Shown piece after piece: positions 50,785 to 59,974 of a DNA stretch of 64,000 nt. The notes under the pieces are model-generated. The model was given only the letters and a program-made list of their open reading frames with translations. It had not been told where the DNA came from and ran no database searches. Numbering within the stretch: position 1 is the stretch's first letter; each line of letters starts with the position of its first letter. Source of the stretch: Nitrosopumilus sp. Lineage in GTDB: Archaea; Thermoproteota; Nitrososphaeria; Nitrososphaerales; Nitrosopumilaceae. The DNA is taken from the NCBI GenBank assembly GCA_965205675.1, contig OZ242186.1, forward strand, positions 576,001 to 640,000, given 5' to 3'. A program made the position numbers and the translations under genes.

Positions 50785-52962
50785 TTGAAAGTAGCTCTAG
50801 TGTATAATAAAAAATCTCTTGATGAAAATGATGTAATCAATGTATTTGGAATGATTACAAAAGAATTCTATGGTACTAAAACTGTAGAAAAAGTTGCTAA
50901 AGCCTTAGAAAAAGGAGGTCACTCTGTAAAAATTATTGAGGGTGGAATGAACATTATTGAAAATATGAAAGATTTCATGCCGCGAGTAGTTTCAGGTGAT
51001 AAACCTGGAATTGTGTTCAACATGGCATATGGAATTCAGGGACAAAATCGTTACACTCACGTTCCTGCAATGCTTGAGATGCTTGGAATTCCATACACTG
51101 GTTCTGGTCCAGAAACACATGCAGTAGTACAAGACAAAGTTATGACTAAAATTGTATTGCAAAAAAATAATCTTCCTACTCCTGGTTTTTGGGTGTTTTC
51201 TACTCCTGATGATACTTTTGATGATTTGATATTTCCTGTAATTGTAAAACCCAAGATGGAATCTACTTCAATGGGGATGGAAGTAGTTGATAATTGGAAT
51301 GACTTGAGAAAAGCAGTTGCAAAACAAATAGAAAAATTCTCCCAAGAAATTTTAGTTGAACAATTCATTCCTGGAAGAGAGTTTGCAGTTGGATTGTTAG
51401 GAAATGGAAACAATATTGAAATTTTACCAATTGTGGAAATGGATCTAAATGGAGATCCTAATAGAATTCAAACAATTACTGATAAAAAAGAAACTCCTGT
51501 TGATAAGATATGCCCTGCACCTCTAACTAAAGAACACACCGAAGAAATTAAAAAAATTTCCCTTGCTTCATTTAAAAAGCTTGGATTAAATGATTATGCA
51601 CGTGTAGATTTCCGAATGAGTGAAGATGGATGTTTCTATGTTTTAGAATTAAATTCTATGGCAAGTTTGGGAGTTACTGGATCATATTTTGCTGCAGCCA
51701 AAACTGCTGGATACACCTATGACTCACTAATCAACAAAATGTTAGATGTTGCAGCTTTGAGATATTTTGGAGAATCTCACAAACATGATGAATCTCCTGA
51801 AAATATTGAATCTCAACCATTACGCTCTGTTGTAAGAAGTCATGTTAGGAGTCATGCTGTTTCAAATGAAACACTGCTTGAGAATTTTGTAAATGTAAAT
51901 TCCAGTGTGACAAATCTGGAGGATGTAAACAAATTAGGTACAATGATGAGCAAAAGACTCTCTCATCTTGGATTTACAGTCCGAGAACACCATGAATTTG
52001 ATGTTGGAAATATGCTATATTTTACTAACCATGATTCTGACGAAAATGATGTTTTGCTTTTAGGACATCTTGACACTTGGTACACTAATCAGGATTTTAC
52101 GCCTTTTTATAAAATTAGTAACAAACTCTATGGTTCAGGTGTAGCTGAAAGTAAAGGTGGACTGGTAACTATGCTTGCTGCACTAAAGGCTCTACGTTTT
52201 GCTAGAAAACTCAAGAAACTAAAATGTGGAATCTTGTTGATTACTGATGATAGTTTGGGTGGGCGTTTTAGTAAACAACTAGTACATGACACTGCAAAAA
52301 TTTCAAACAACATTATTGAACTAAAATGGGGATTAGAAAATGGTGGAATTGCAACATCATGTTCTGGTGTAACTCGATATCATATTGATTTGACTCATGT
52401 TCGACGTCCTGATGAAACAATTAAAGATGTAATCCCTGATATGTGCAAGAAAATAGTTTCTTGGAAAAAAGTTTCTGAAGATCATGAAGATGCTAGAATT
52501 ACAATTGCTGATTTTAAAGCTAAAACATCTTTTGGACGATCTCCTGAACACGGACAAATATCATTAGAATCTAGATATGCAAATCTTGCACAAGGACAAA
52601 GATTTGATTCGGAGTTGGGAAGAATTGCTAAAAAGAAAGATAAAACAAAATTAGATATTCATATTTCTAAATTAGCTACAAGAGATCCTGTAGAAACCTC
52701 TGAAAATATTTCAAACCTGTATGACTTAATTCAAAAAATTGCCAAAGAATCTGACATTAAAGTTATTTCTACACATAGATTTGCAACATCTAGTCTTTGT
52801 AATGTTTTACAAGATATTCCAATGGTGGGTTCTATGGGTCCTGTTGGAACAGACTATAGAACTCCTAATGAACATGTTCTCAAAGACAGTATGATTGATA
52901 GAAGCGTATTGTTGGCATTGGTGTTAAACAAACTTGCATCAAACGGAAAGACAAAAAAATGA
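50785..52962 (+). CDS. Ddl-like ATP-grasp ligase fused to an M20 peptidase-like domain
   Basis: LGIPYTGS, DKVMTK, VKPK.ES.S.G, EQFIPGREF, RVDFR, LELN; then GHLDT and LYGSGVAESKGG. Probable start TTG 50785. Confidence 0.88.
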   Translation: MKVALVYNKKSLDENDVINVFGMITKEFYGTKTVEKVAKALEKGGHSVKIIEGGMNIIENMKDFMPRVVSGDKPGIVFNMAYGIQGQNRYTHVPAMLEMLGIPYTGSGPETHAVVQDKVMTKIVLQKNNLPTPGFWVFSTPDDTFDDLIFPVIVKPKMESTSMGMEVVDNWNDLRKAVAKQIEKFSQEILVEQFIPGREFAVGLLGNGNNIEILPIVEMDLNGDPNRIQTITDKKETPVDKICPAPLTKEHTEEIKKISLASFKKLGLNDYARVDFRMSEDGCFYVLELNSMASLGVTGSYFAAAKTAGYTYDSLINKMLDVAALRYFGESHKHDESPENIESQPLRSVVRSHVRSHAVSNETLLENFVNVNSSVTNLEDVNKLGTMMSKRLSHLGFTVREHHEFDVGNMLYFTNHDSDENDVLLLGHLDTWYTNQDFTPFYKISNKLYGSGVAESKGGLVTMLAALKALRFARKLKKLKCGILLITDDSLGGRFSKQLVHDTAKISNNIIELKWGLENGGIATSCSGVTRYHIDLTHVRRPDETIKDVIPDMCKKIVSWKKVSEDHEDARITIADFKAKTSFGRSPEHGQISLESRYANLAQGQRFDSELGRIAKKKDKTKLDIHISKLATRDPVETSENISNLYDLIQKIAKESDIKVISTHRFATSSLCNVLQDIPMVGSMGPVGTDYRTPNEHVLKDSMIDRSVLLALVLNKLASNGKTKK

Positions 52963-54584
52963 ATATTGAAAAAATAGAAAATTCGTTTAAACCAACTAAA
53001 AACAAAAAATGCTCTGTTGCCAAAAGGGGAATGGTTTCCACTGCATTTCCTGACGCTACAAAGGCAGGACTTGATATGCTCAAAAAAGGAGGTAATGCAG
53101 TAGATGCTGCATGTGCATCAGCCCTAGCAATAGGCGTATGTGAACCACAAGCTTCAGGAATAGGTGGACAGTCTATGGCAATTATTCATGTAGGTGGAAA
53201 AACTTTGGCAGTAGATGGTTCTAGTAGAGCTCCATCACTGGCACATATTTCATTTTTTAAAAATAAACTTCTTAGTCGTCTTGGATACAAAGCAAGTACG
53301 GTTCCAAGTACTGTTGCAACTTTAGGATATCTAAATGAGAGATATGGCAGACTAGATTGGCCAACTATTGTAAAACCCTCTATTCGCATTGCAAAGCGTG
53401 GATATAGAATCACAAAACTACAACATGAATTGCAAGAAAAGCATCTTGAAAACTTTTTCAAAATTAAATCAAAATCTGGTGCAAAATATTTTCTAAAAGA
53501 TGGTGAAGTACCTTATGGAATTGGTGATCTCTTTGTCCAAGATGATCTAGCTAATACCCTTGAACAACTTGCAGCATATGGTTTTCGTTCATTCTATCAT
53601 GGATTAATTGCAAACTTGATTGATAAAGATATGAGACTTAACAAAGGATTTTTGCGAAAAGAAGATCTTGCATTCATTCCACTCCCAATAGAAAGAAAAG
53701 TGATCAGTAGAAAATATCGTGGCATTCATGTATGCACTGTACCTCCTCCTGCGGCTGGTCCAACAATGTTACTGGTATTGATGATGCTTAGTAATCTTCC
53801 ATCTAAATTTCTCACTAGAACCCCTAAATCTTATCATTTTGTGTCTGAAATTCATCGTAAGGCACTGTTGTACAGAGAACAACGACGGTTTAATCCAAGA
53901 ACATATCATCAAGTAAATGAAAAAACTCATCTTAGTAAAAATTTTGCAAAAACACTTACAAAGACTATTCGTGATAATGTTGATCCAGAATTACCATTAA
54001 GAGAATTAACTGAGACTGAAGATACAACCCATCTTTCTGTAATGGATGAAGAAGGAAATACCGTAGGCATTACACAATCAATTGAACTAGTTTACGGGTC
54101 AAAAGCGGCAGCTGATGGATTGGGATTTTTGTATAACAACTACATGTCTGCATTTGAATTTGAAAATCCTAATCACCCTTACTACTTACGCCCAAATGCC
54201 ATACCTTGGACATCCGTATGCCCATCCATTATATTTTACAATAATGAGCCCTGGATAGTCATGGGCACACCTGGTAGTGCACGAATATTTTCAACACTAA
54301 GTCATTTTATTTCTAGAATTATTGATCATGATAATTCAATTGACACGGCTATGGAGAAACCTCGAATTCATTGTGCAGTTGATGGAAAAATTAGTTTAGA
54401 AACAGATGATTCTGTTATTGAAATTATCAAACATCTAAAAAAGATGGGTTACAAAATGGATCTTAGAGAACGATATTCTTTCTTTTTGGGTGCAATTCAT
54501 GCAGTAATGAAGTGTCAGACAACTGGAGGATTTCAAGGCGTCGCAGAAATAAGACGTGATGGAACTGCCGAGGGATTGAATTGA
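52959..54584 (+). CDS. gamma-glutamyltransferase family protein without a signal peptide
   Basis: GGNAVDAA, EPQASGIGG, TVP, PPP, DTTHLSV (Thr nucleophile) and PRIH. Confidence 0.93.
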   Translation: MNIEKIENSFKPTKNKKCSVAKRGMVSTAFPDATKAGLDMLKKGGNAVDAACASALAIGVCEPQASGIGGQSMAIIHVGGKTLAVDGSSRAPSLAHISFFKNKLLSRLGYKASTVPSTVATLGYLNERYGRLDWPTIVKPSIRIAKRGYRITKLQHELQEKHLENFFKIKSKSGAKYFLKDGEVPYGIGDLFVQDDLANTLEQLAAYGFRSFYHGLIANLIDKDMRLNKGFLRKEDLAFIPLPIERKVISRKYRGIHVCTVPPPAAGPTMLLVLMMLSNLPSKFLTRTPKSYHFVSEIHRKALLYREQRRFNPRTYHQVNEKTHLSKNFAKTLTKTIRDNVDPELPLRELTETEDTTHLSVMDEEGNTVGITQSIELVYGSKAAADGLGFLYNNYMSAFEFENPNHPYYLRPNAIPWTSVCPSIIFYNNEPWIVMGTPGSARIFSTLSHFISRIIDHDNSIDTAMEKPRIHCAVDGKISLETDDSVIEIIKHLKKMGYKMDLRERYSFFLGAIHAVMKCQTTGGFQGVAEIRRDGTAEGLN

Positions 54585-55351
54585 CTAGATTACCGATATT
54601 ACTATCAATACCACATGGTGGAACAAGAAAACCTGCAGAACTTGAAGGTCATTTATCAATCACAAACAAGGACTTGTTTGATGATTCTGATCCTTTTGTA
54701 ATTGAATTATTTGATCTAGGTGATAAAGTTCAACGTGCACTTAAGACAGATATTGCAAGAGCATTTGTTGATCTTAATCGTTCCATAGATGATATGCCAC
54801 CAAATAATCCTGACGGGTTAATTAAAAGTAAAACTTGCTATGATAAACCAATTTATACAAATGGAAAAGAGCCTGATGATTCACTGAAAACAACGCTTAT
54901 TGAAATGTACTATCATCCTTACCATCAAGCAATTCAAAAAAGTATTAATGAACTAGGTATAAAATTATGTATTGATTGCCATTCTATGGCTTCAATGTCT
55001 CCGTATTTCTCTAGAGCTAAAAGTAAATCTGCAAGACCGATGTTTTGCATATCTAACAATGATGGACAAGCAGCTTCACAGGAAATGATGGAACTTTTAG
55101 CTAATTCTATATCTAAAGCGTATTCTATTGACAGGCAAGAGATTTTTTTAAATGATCCATTCCATGGTGGTCATATCACTAGAACATATGGTAACAAGCC
55201 TATTCCTTGGATTCAGATTGAGATGAATCGTAGTATGTACCTGTCCAAACCTTGGTTTGATGAGGATGCCCTCTCAGTAGACATTGCTCATCTTCAAAAA
55301 TTAAACAAACAATTTGAAAATTCTCTTGAATCATTTTGTTCAAAAATTTAA
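54581..55351 (+). CDS. N-formylglutamate amidohydrolase family protein
   Basis: SIPHGG, RAFVDLNR, YHPYH, IDCHSM, NDPFHGG and QIEMNR. Confidence 0.92.
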   Translation: MTRLPILLSIPHGGTRKPAELEGHLSITNKDLFDDSDPFVIELFDLGDKVQRALKTDIARAFVDLNRSIDDMPPNNPDGLIKSKTCYDKPIYTNGKEPDDSLKTTLIEMYYHPYHQAIQKSINELGIKLCIDCHSMASMSPYFSRAKSKSARPMFCISNNDGQAASQEMMELLANSISKAYSIDRQEIFLNDPFHGGHITRTYGNKPIPWIQIEMNRSMYLSKPWFDEDALSVDIAHLQKLNKQFENSLESFCSKI

Positions 55352-55447
55352 TTTTTAATTCAAGAAAATTACCATAAAATAAATTGAATTGTACTGAATA
55401 ATTTCTTATGTTCTGAGTATTTAATTTCATAAATTTGGCTAATCTTT

Positions 55448-55698
55448 ATGGCAGCAAAAAAATATGCTACAAGAAAAGCCTCTAGAAAAACTACTGTAAA
55501 AGCCAAGAAAACTGTAAGAAGATCAAAACTGCAAATAAGGCAAAACGTAGAGCAATTCTAGTTGCAAACAATAGAAAAAGCGATCTTCTAAAAGATACTA
55601 ACAAGATCAAAAGCTTGAAAAAAACACTAAGGCCTGCAGAAATATATGCTAACAAAAAGAAAACAGTTTATCAAAAAGCTGTGAAAAGAGCACCATAA
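55448..55698 (+). pseudogene. K/R/A-rich histone-H1-like basic protein with one frameshift
   Basis: MAAKKYATRKASRKTTVKAKKTVRRS, frameshift near 55526, then KTANKAKRRAILVANNRK..YQKAVKRAP*. Confidence 0.6.
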
Positions 55699-56000
55699 AC
55701 TCAATAATTGAGTTTAATTTTATTTTCTCTCTCTCAGATGATTATCCTCATTGATTGTATCTACTTTCTATTTGATCATATACAGATAGATGCAGCTTGC
55801 AACTGCACTGTTTTTGTTGAAAAATTAGAATATTCATTTGAGATCACAATATAGTATTTTCCTTTATGTAATGTTACATCAAAATTCTCTGATTCAACCT
55901 TGCTCTAATCTAAATTTCAGTATCATTATAACCAGTTTCCTTTTCACAGTGGGAGCATTGTTAAGATTGCCGACAAAACAAAAAATAAAATCCAAATGTC

Positions 56001-57350
56001 TTATGATGGTATTTGTGAATCTTTGAAAAAATCTTTGATTGTGGGCGAACTTGATTTAATGCCCACTTTTGTGAGTGATTTATTTTTAATTAGACCAATG
56101 AATGTCAGATCACGCTTGAACAACAAATCTGCCATCCAACTAGTTGCAACCTGAAATTTCTTTTCAAACATTGGTAATCTGGACAAGTAATATGTTCTCC
56201 AAATCAACCATGCGGTAGGACCAGTAACATGCAAACCAAACATTACTGCAATGGCTATTTTTCTACCTAGTGTGGTCATCATTCCCTTGCTCTTAAAAGA
56301 GAATTTTTGCAGTTTAGTTTCACCCGTAATTGTAGAATACAAATTATTTGCAACTGTAATACTTTGATGAATTGAGTTTTGAGCAGTTGCAGGATACGCC
56401 TCTCCAGTCAGAGGATTTTTAATTAATGCACAATCCCCCAAGGCAAAAACATCCTCATGTTCAAGAACTCTCAAATATTTATCCACTTTGATTTTCCCAG
56501 ACTTGTGATGTTTACATTCTAATTCAGATATGACAGGATCAATATCTGTTCCTGCAGCCCAGATTAAGGTCATGCATGGAATTGTCTTACCGTTATCTAA
56601 TCGAACAAAATCTTCACCTGCATCCACCGCTTTGGTATTGACAAGTACGTTTACCCCAACTTTGCTCAAGTAATTTCCTGCCATCTTGCCAAGCTTTGGT
56701 CCAAGCTCAGGCAAAATGAATTCTTTAGATGCAACTAAATTCATACAAATATTTTCTTCTTCTATACTCGGATAGAAATTCTTGACGGAATCTCGGACAA
56801 GTTGATTTATTTCTCCCATCGTCTCCACACCTGCAAAACCTCCTCCCACAACAGTAAATGTCATCAATGCTTTTTTGAAATCCATATCTGAAGTTTGTGC
56901 AGCACTTTCAAGCATATTGATTATTTGGGAATTGATAGATACTGCATCCTCTACAGTTTTAATAACAAATGAGTGTTTTTCAATATTTTTGTTATCAAAA
57001 AAGTTAGTATTGCTTCCAAGAGAAATTACTAAATAATCATAATCAAGTGCGTGTACTTTGCCATCAAAAGTTCTAGTAATGGTGACTAGTTTTTGCTCTA
57101 AATCTATGGAGGATATTGCCGCATGATAAAACTCTGCCTGCTTACACATTTTACGTATTGGAACTGTAATATCATTTGGATGAATCAATCCTGAAGAAAC
57201 TTGTGGTAACATGGGTGTGTAAAGAAAGTAATTGTCCTGACTTACAAGACTAATTCTGATATCTGAGTTGTTCTTGAATTTGTTTTGAATTAATTTGAGA
57301 ACATTTACACCTCCAAATCCGCCCCCCAGTATGAGAATTTTTGTTGTCAT
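56001..57350 (-). CDS. type II NADH dehydrogenase (NDH-2)-like flavoprotein
   Basis: GGGFGG, YTPMLPQV, VVGGGFAGVE, WAAG, FALGD and TAQ. Confidence 0.9.
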   Translation of the reverse strand: MTTKILILGGGFGGVNVLKLIQNKFKNNSDIRISLVSQDNYFLYTPMLPQVSSGLIHPNDITVPIRKMCKQAEFYHAAISSIDLEQKLVTITRTFDGKVHALDYDYLVISLGSNTNFFDNKNIEKHSFVIKTVEDAVSINSQIINMLESAAQTSDMDFKKALMTFTVVGGGFAGVETMGEINQLVRDSVKNFYPSIEEENICMNLVASKEFILPELGPKLGKMAGNYLSKVGVNVLVNTKAVDAGEDFVRLDNGKTIPCMTLIWAAGTDIDPVISELECKHHKSGKIKVDKYLRVLEHEDVFALGDCALIKNPLTGEAYPATAQNSIHQSITVANNLYSTITGETKLQKFSFKSKGMMTTLGRKIAIAVMFGLHVTGPTAWLIWRTYYLSRLPMFEKKFQVATSWMADLLFKRDLTFIGLIKNKSLTKVGIKSSSPTIKDFFKDSQIPS

Positions 57351-57537
57351 TTGTAACTGATCTTGGTATTTCAAAATATTACAGTCTAGTATGTCAAATG
57401 GAATTGTTGCTTTAGTTCAATACTCGGACAAATAAAGTCATGAATGATTCAAAAATGAGGGCAGATGGTCTGGTCCCCTCTAGAGTAGGACCGGTAGCAT
57501 ACATACACTTTTCAGATAACTTGGGAGGCTTACCCTC

Positions 57538-57828
57538 ATGGTAAAGAGCAAATTCACATCAGCAGAAAAGTCAAGAGTGGTTTTAGAGTCACTAAACACA
57601 AACATTGCAACTGCAGAGTTGTGCAGAAAGTACAATATTCATCCACAGACATTCTACCAATGGAGGGAACGATTTGTAGAAGGTGGCAAGGCATCATTAA
57701 ATGGCACACCAAACGGAGATGTCTGCAAGAATCTGCAAAAGGAAAATGATTCCCTCAAAAAACTAATCGGCGAGATCACAATTGCCAATGACATTTTAAA
57801 AAAAACGTTGGAGAACCAGAAAAGATGA
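57538..57828 (+). CDS. IS3 OrfA
   Basis: HTH (AELCRKYNI..TFYQW) plus leucine zipper. Confidence 0.92.
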   Translation: MVKSKFTSAEKSRVVLESLNTNIATAELCRKYNIHPQTFYQWRERFVEGGKASLNGTPNGDVCKNLQKENDSLKKLIGEITIANDILKKTLENQKR

Positions 57829-58646
57829 CTGCAGTGAATCAACTGAACAAACACATCAGTTTGAACAAGTCATTGTTATTAATTGGAGTCTCAAAATCCA
57901 AATGGTATTACTCAAAGTCACCAAGAAGGATTCAGACAGATCCTGCAGTAACTGATGTAGTTCAAAAGATTGGAAAACAAAGGCCAACTTATGGAACCAG
58001 ACGCATGGCATCCCAAGTCTCAAGGGAACTGAACAAGCCTGTAAACAGAAAACAAATCAGAAGAATATTTCACAAATTGGGCTGGATTGAGCCTAAAAAG
58101 ACCAAAAATGACATCATCAAATCTGCCAGAACATTATTCAAGCCTGATGCACCAAACCAGTTGTGGCAGACAGACATCACATATGTCTGGTGTGGGGTTG
58201 ACAGATGGTGCTACTGCTTTAACGTGATTGATGCATTTAGCAGGAAATGGATTTGGCATTCATTTGATGTGGCAGCTCCAAAGAGCACTGCAATTGACAG
58301 CATCATTAATGCAGTAGCTACTGCAAAGCCTGATTGCACAAAACTGATTCTCAGAACTGACAACGGTTCGCAATACAACAGCCGAGATTTCAGAAAAGCA
58401 GTTGTTCTACTTGGAATAAGACACGAATTCATCTGGCACCACACGCCAGAACAAAACGGACATGTCGAATCATTCCACAAGACACTCAAGAAGGAATACT
58501 TGTGGAGGTACGAGTTTGCAAACTATCAGGAAGCCGAAGTTGCTCTAGAGAAAGCACGAATCGATTACAATGGTTCCAGGATTCATTCAGCGTTAGGATA
58601 CCTTACTCCTGATGAATTCATGGAGTTATGGGAGATGAAAACATAA
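57825..58646 (+). CDS. IS3 OrfB, DDE integrase core
   Basis: YGTRR, WQTDITY, TDNGSQY, NGHVESF and HSALGY.TP. Confidence 0.94.
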   Translation: MTAVNQLNKHISLNKSLLLIGVSKSKWYYSKSPRRIQTDPAVTDVVQKIGKQRPTYGTRRMASQVSRELNKPVNRKQIRRIFHKLGWIEPKKTKNDIIKSARTLFKPDAPNQLWQTDITYVWCGVDRWCYCFNVIDAFSRKWIWHSFDVAAPKSTAIDSIINAVATAKPDCTKLILRTDNGSQYNSRDFRKAVVLLGIRHEFIWHHTPEQNGHVESFHKTLKKEYLWRYEFANYQEAEVALEKARIDYNGSRIHSALGYLTPDEFMELWEMKT

Positions 58647-58830
58647 ATGAATCAGACTGTATGTAAGATTATGCAAAAAGTGGTACTAAAAACAGGGGTC
58701 CACTCCAGTATTTGAAAAGTTACAAAAAATATTAAATGATATCAGTTAACCGATCAAAAATGTAAAAATTAAGTCAGTGATCCCGAATAACACTTAAATT
58801 CACAATAACTCGGACTTTACGAGGGTTACA

Positions 58831-59970
58831 ATTACTACAAAGAAATCAAAATATGCAAACAAGTTTGGAAAACTGATTTTTGATGATGGTGCTGTCATTG
58901 ACGGTCAAGGTTTTGGTCATTCTACAACTGTTTTTGGTGAAATTGTTTTCAATACTGGAATGGTTGGTTATACTGAGGCCCTTACTGATCCATCATATAA
59001 TGGTCAGATTCTCACCCTGACCTATCCTCTTGTTGGGAATTATGGCATTCCAGATCCTTCTGTTAAAGATAATGACGGCATTCCAAAATTCTCTGAATCT
59101 GATAAAATACAAATTCGTGGTCTGGTGGTTCATGAATTATCTTTAACTGCTAGCCATTGGAATCTTTCAATGACTCTAGATGAGTGGATGAATAATGAAA
59201 AAGTTCCAGGAATTTCAGGAATTGACACTCGTGAATTGACAAAAAAACTTCGAACTAGTGGCGTGATGATGGCTGCCCTTGTTGTATCTGATTCGGAAAT
59301 TGATGTTGAATCTGTAAAAAAACAGCTATCTTCTGCAAAACATTATGATTCAGAACAGTTTATGGATGCTGTTTCCACAAAAGAAGAACAAGTTTATGGT
59401 AATGATGAAAAATCTGTTGTTGTAGTTGATACTGGTGCAAAAAATGCTATTCTTAGAAATATTCGTCAACTTGGTTACAAAGCAATTTTAGTTCCATGGA
59501 ATACTTCATATGAAAAAATAATGTCTTACAATCCTGATGGCGTTGTATTAAGTAGCGGTCCTGGTGATCCACAAAAATGTCCTGATACAATTGATACTGC
59601 TAAAAAATTAATTGAAAATAATGTACCTACATTAGGAATTTGTTTGGGTGCACAAATAATTGGTATTGCTGGAAATACTGAAACTTACAAATTAAAGTAT
59701 GGACATCGTGGACAAAATAAACCATGTATTAATTTAGAAAATAATCAAGTGTATGTCACTAGTCAAAATCATGGATATGGGATAACTCCCGAATCAATTG
59801 AAAAATCTGATTTCAAATTATGGTTTACTAATGCAGATGACAAAACAGTTGAAGGAATAAAACATAAAAAACAAAATTGTATTGCAGTACAGTTTCATCC
59901 TGAAGCTGCACCTGGCCCCTTTGATTGTAAATTTATCTTTGAAGAGCTAAAACAACTAATGGAGAAATAA
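58831..59970 (+). CDS. carA: carbamoyl-phosphate synthase small subunit; probable non-canonical ATT start
   Basis: LIFDDG..G.GFG..GEIVFNTGM.GY, SSGPGDP, GICLG, SQNH and QFHPE. Conserved sequence begins upstream of ATG 58960. Confidence 0.93.
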   Translation: MTTKKSKYANKFGKLIFDDGAVIDGQGFGHSTTVFGEIVFNTGMVGYTEALTDPSYNGQILTLTYPLVGNYGIPDPSVKDNDGIPKFSESDKIQIRGLVVHELSLTASHWNLSMTLDEWMNNEKVPGISGIDTRELTKKLRTSGVMMAALVVSDSEIDVESVKKQLSSAKHYDSEQFMDAVSTKEEQVYGNDEKSVVVVDTGAKNAILRNIRQLGYKAILVPWNTSYEKIMSYNPDGVVLSSGPGDPQKCPDTIDTAKKLIENNVPTLGICLGAQIIGIAGNTETYKLKYGHRGQNKPCINLENNQVYVTSQNHGYGITPESIEKSDFKLWFTNADDKTVEGIKHKKQNCIAVQFHPEAAPGPFDCKFIFEELKQLMEK

Positions 59971-59974
59971 ATAA

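Larger units (their letters stand above)
57466..58707 (+). mobile_element. IS3-family element, copy 2 (intact, 1242 bp)
   Basis: TG..CA ends with imperfect IRs; orfA and orfB; slippery TTTTAAAAAAAA at 57794-57805; no TSD seen. Confidence 0.95.

Noticed and set aside
50785-51800. True D-Ala-D-Ala ligase (ddl) or peptidoglycan synthesis
   Set aside because: D-Ala-binding motifs are missing, there are no mur genes here, and the host is archaeal.
15664-58707. Composite transposon between the two IS3 copies
   Set aside because: The outer flanks share no TSD, and the 40 kb between them is mostly core genes.
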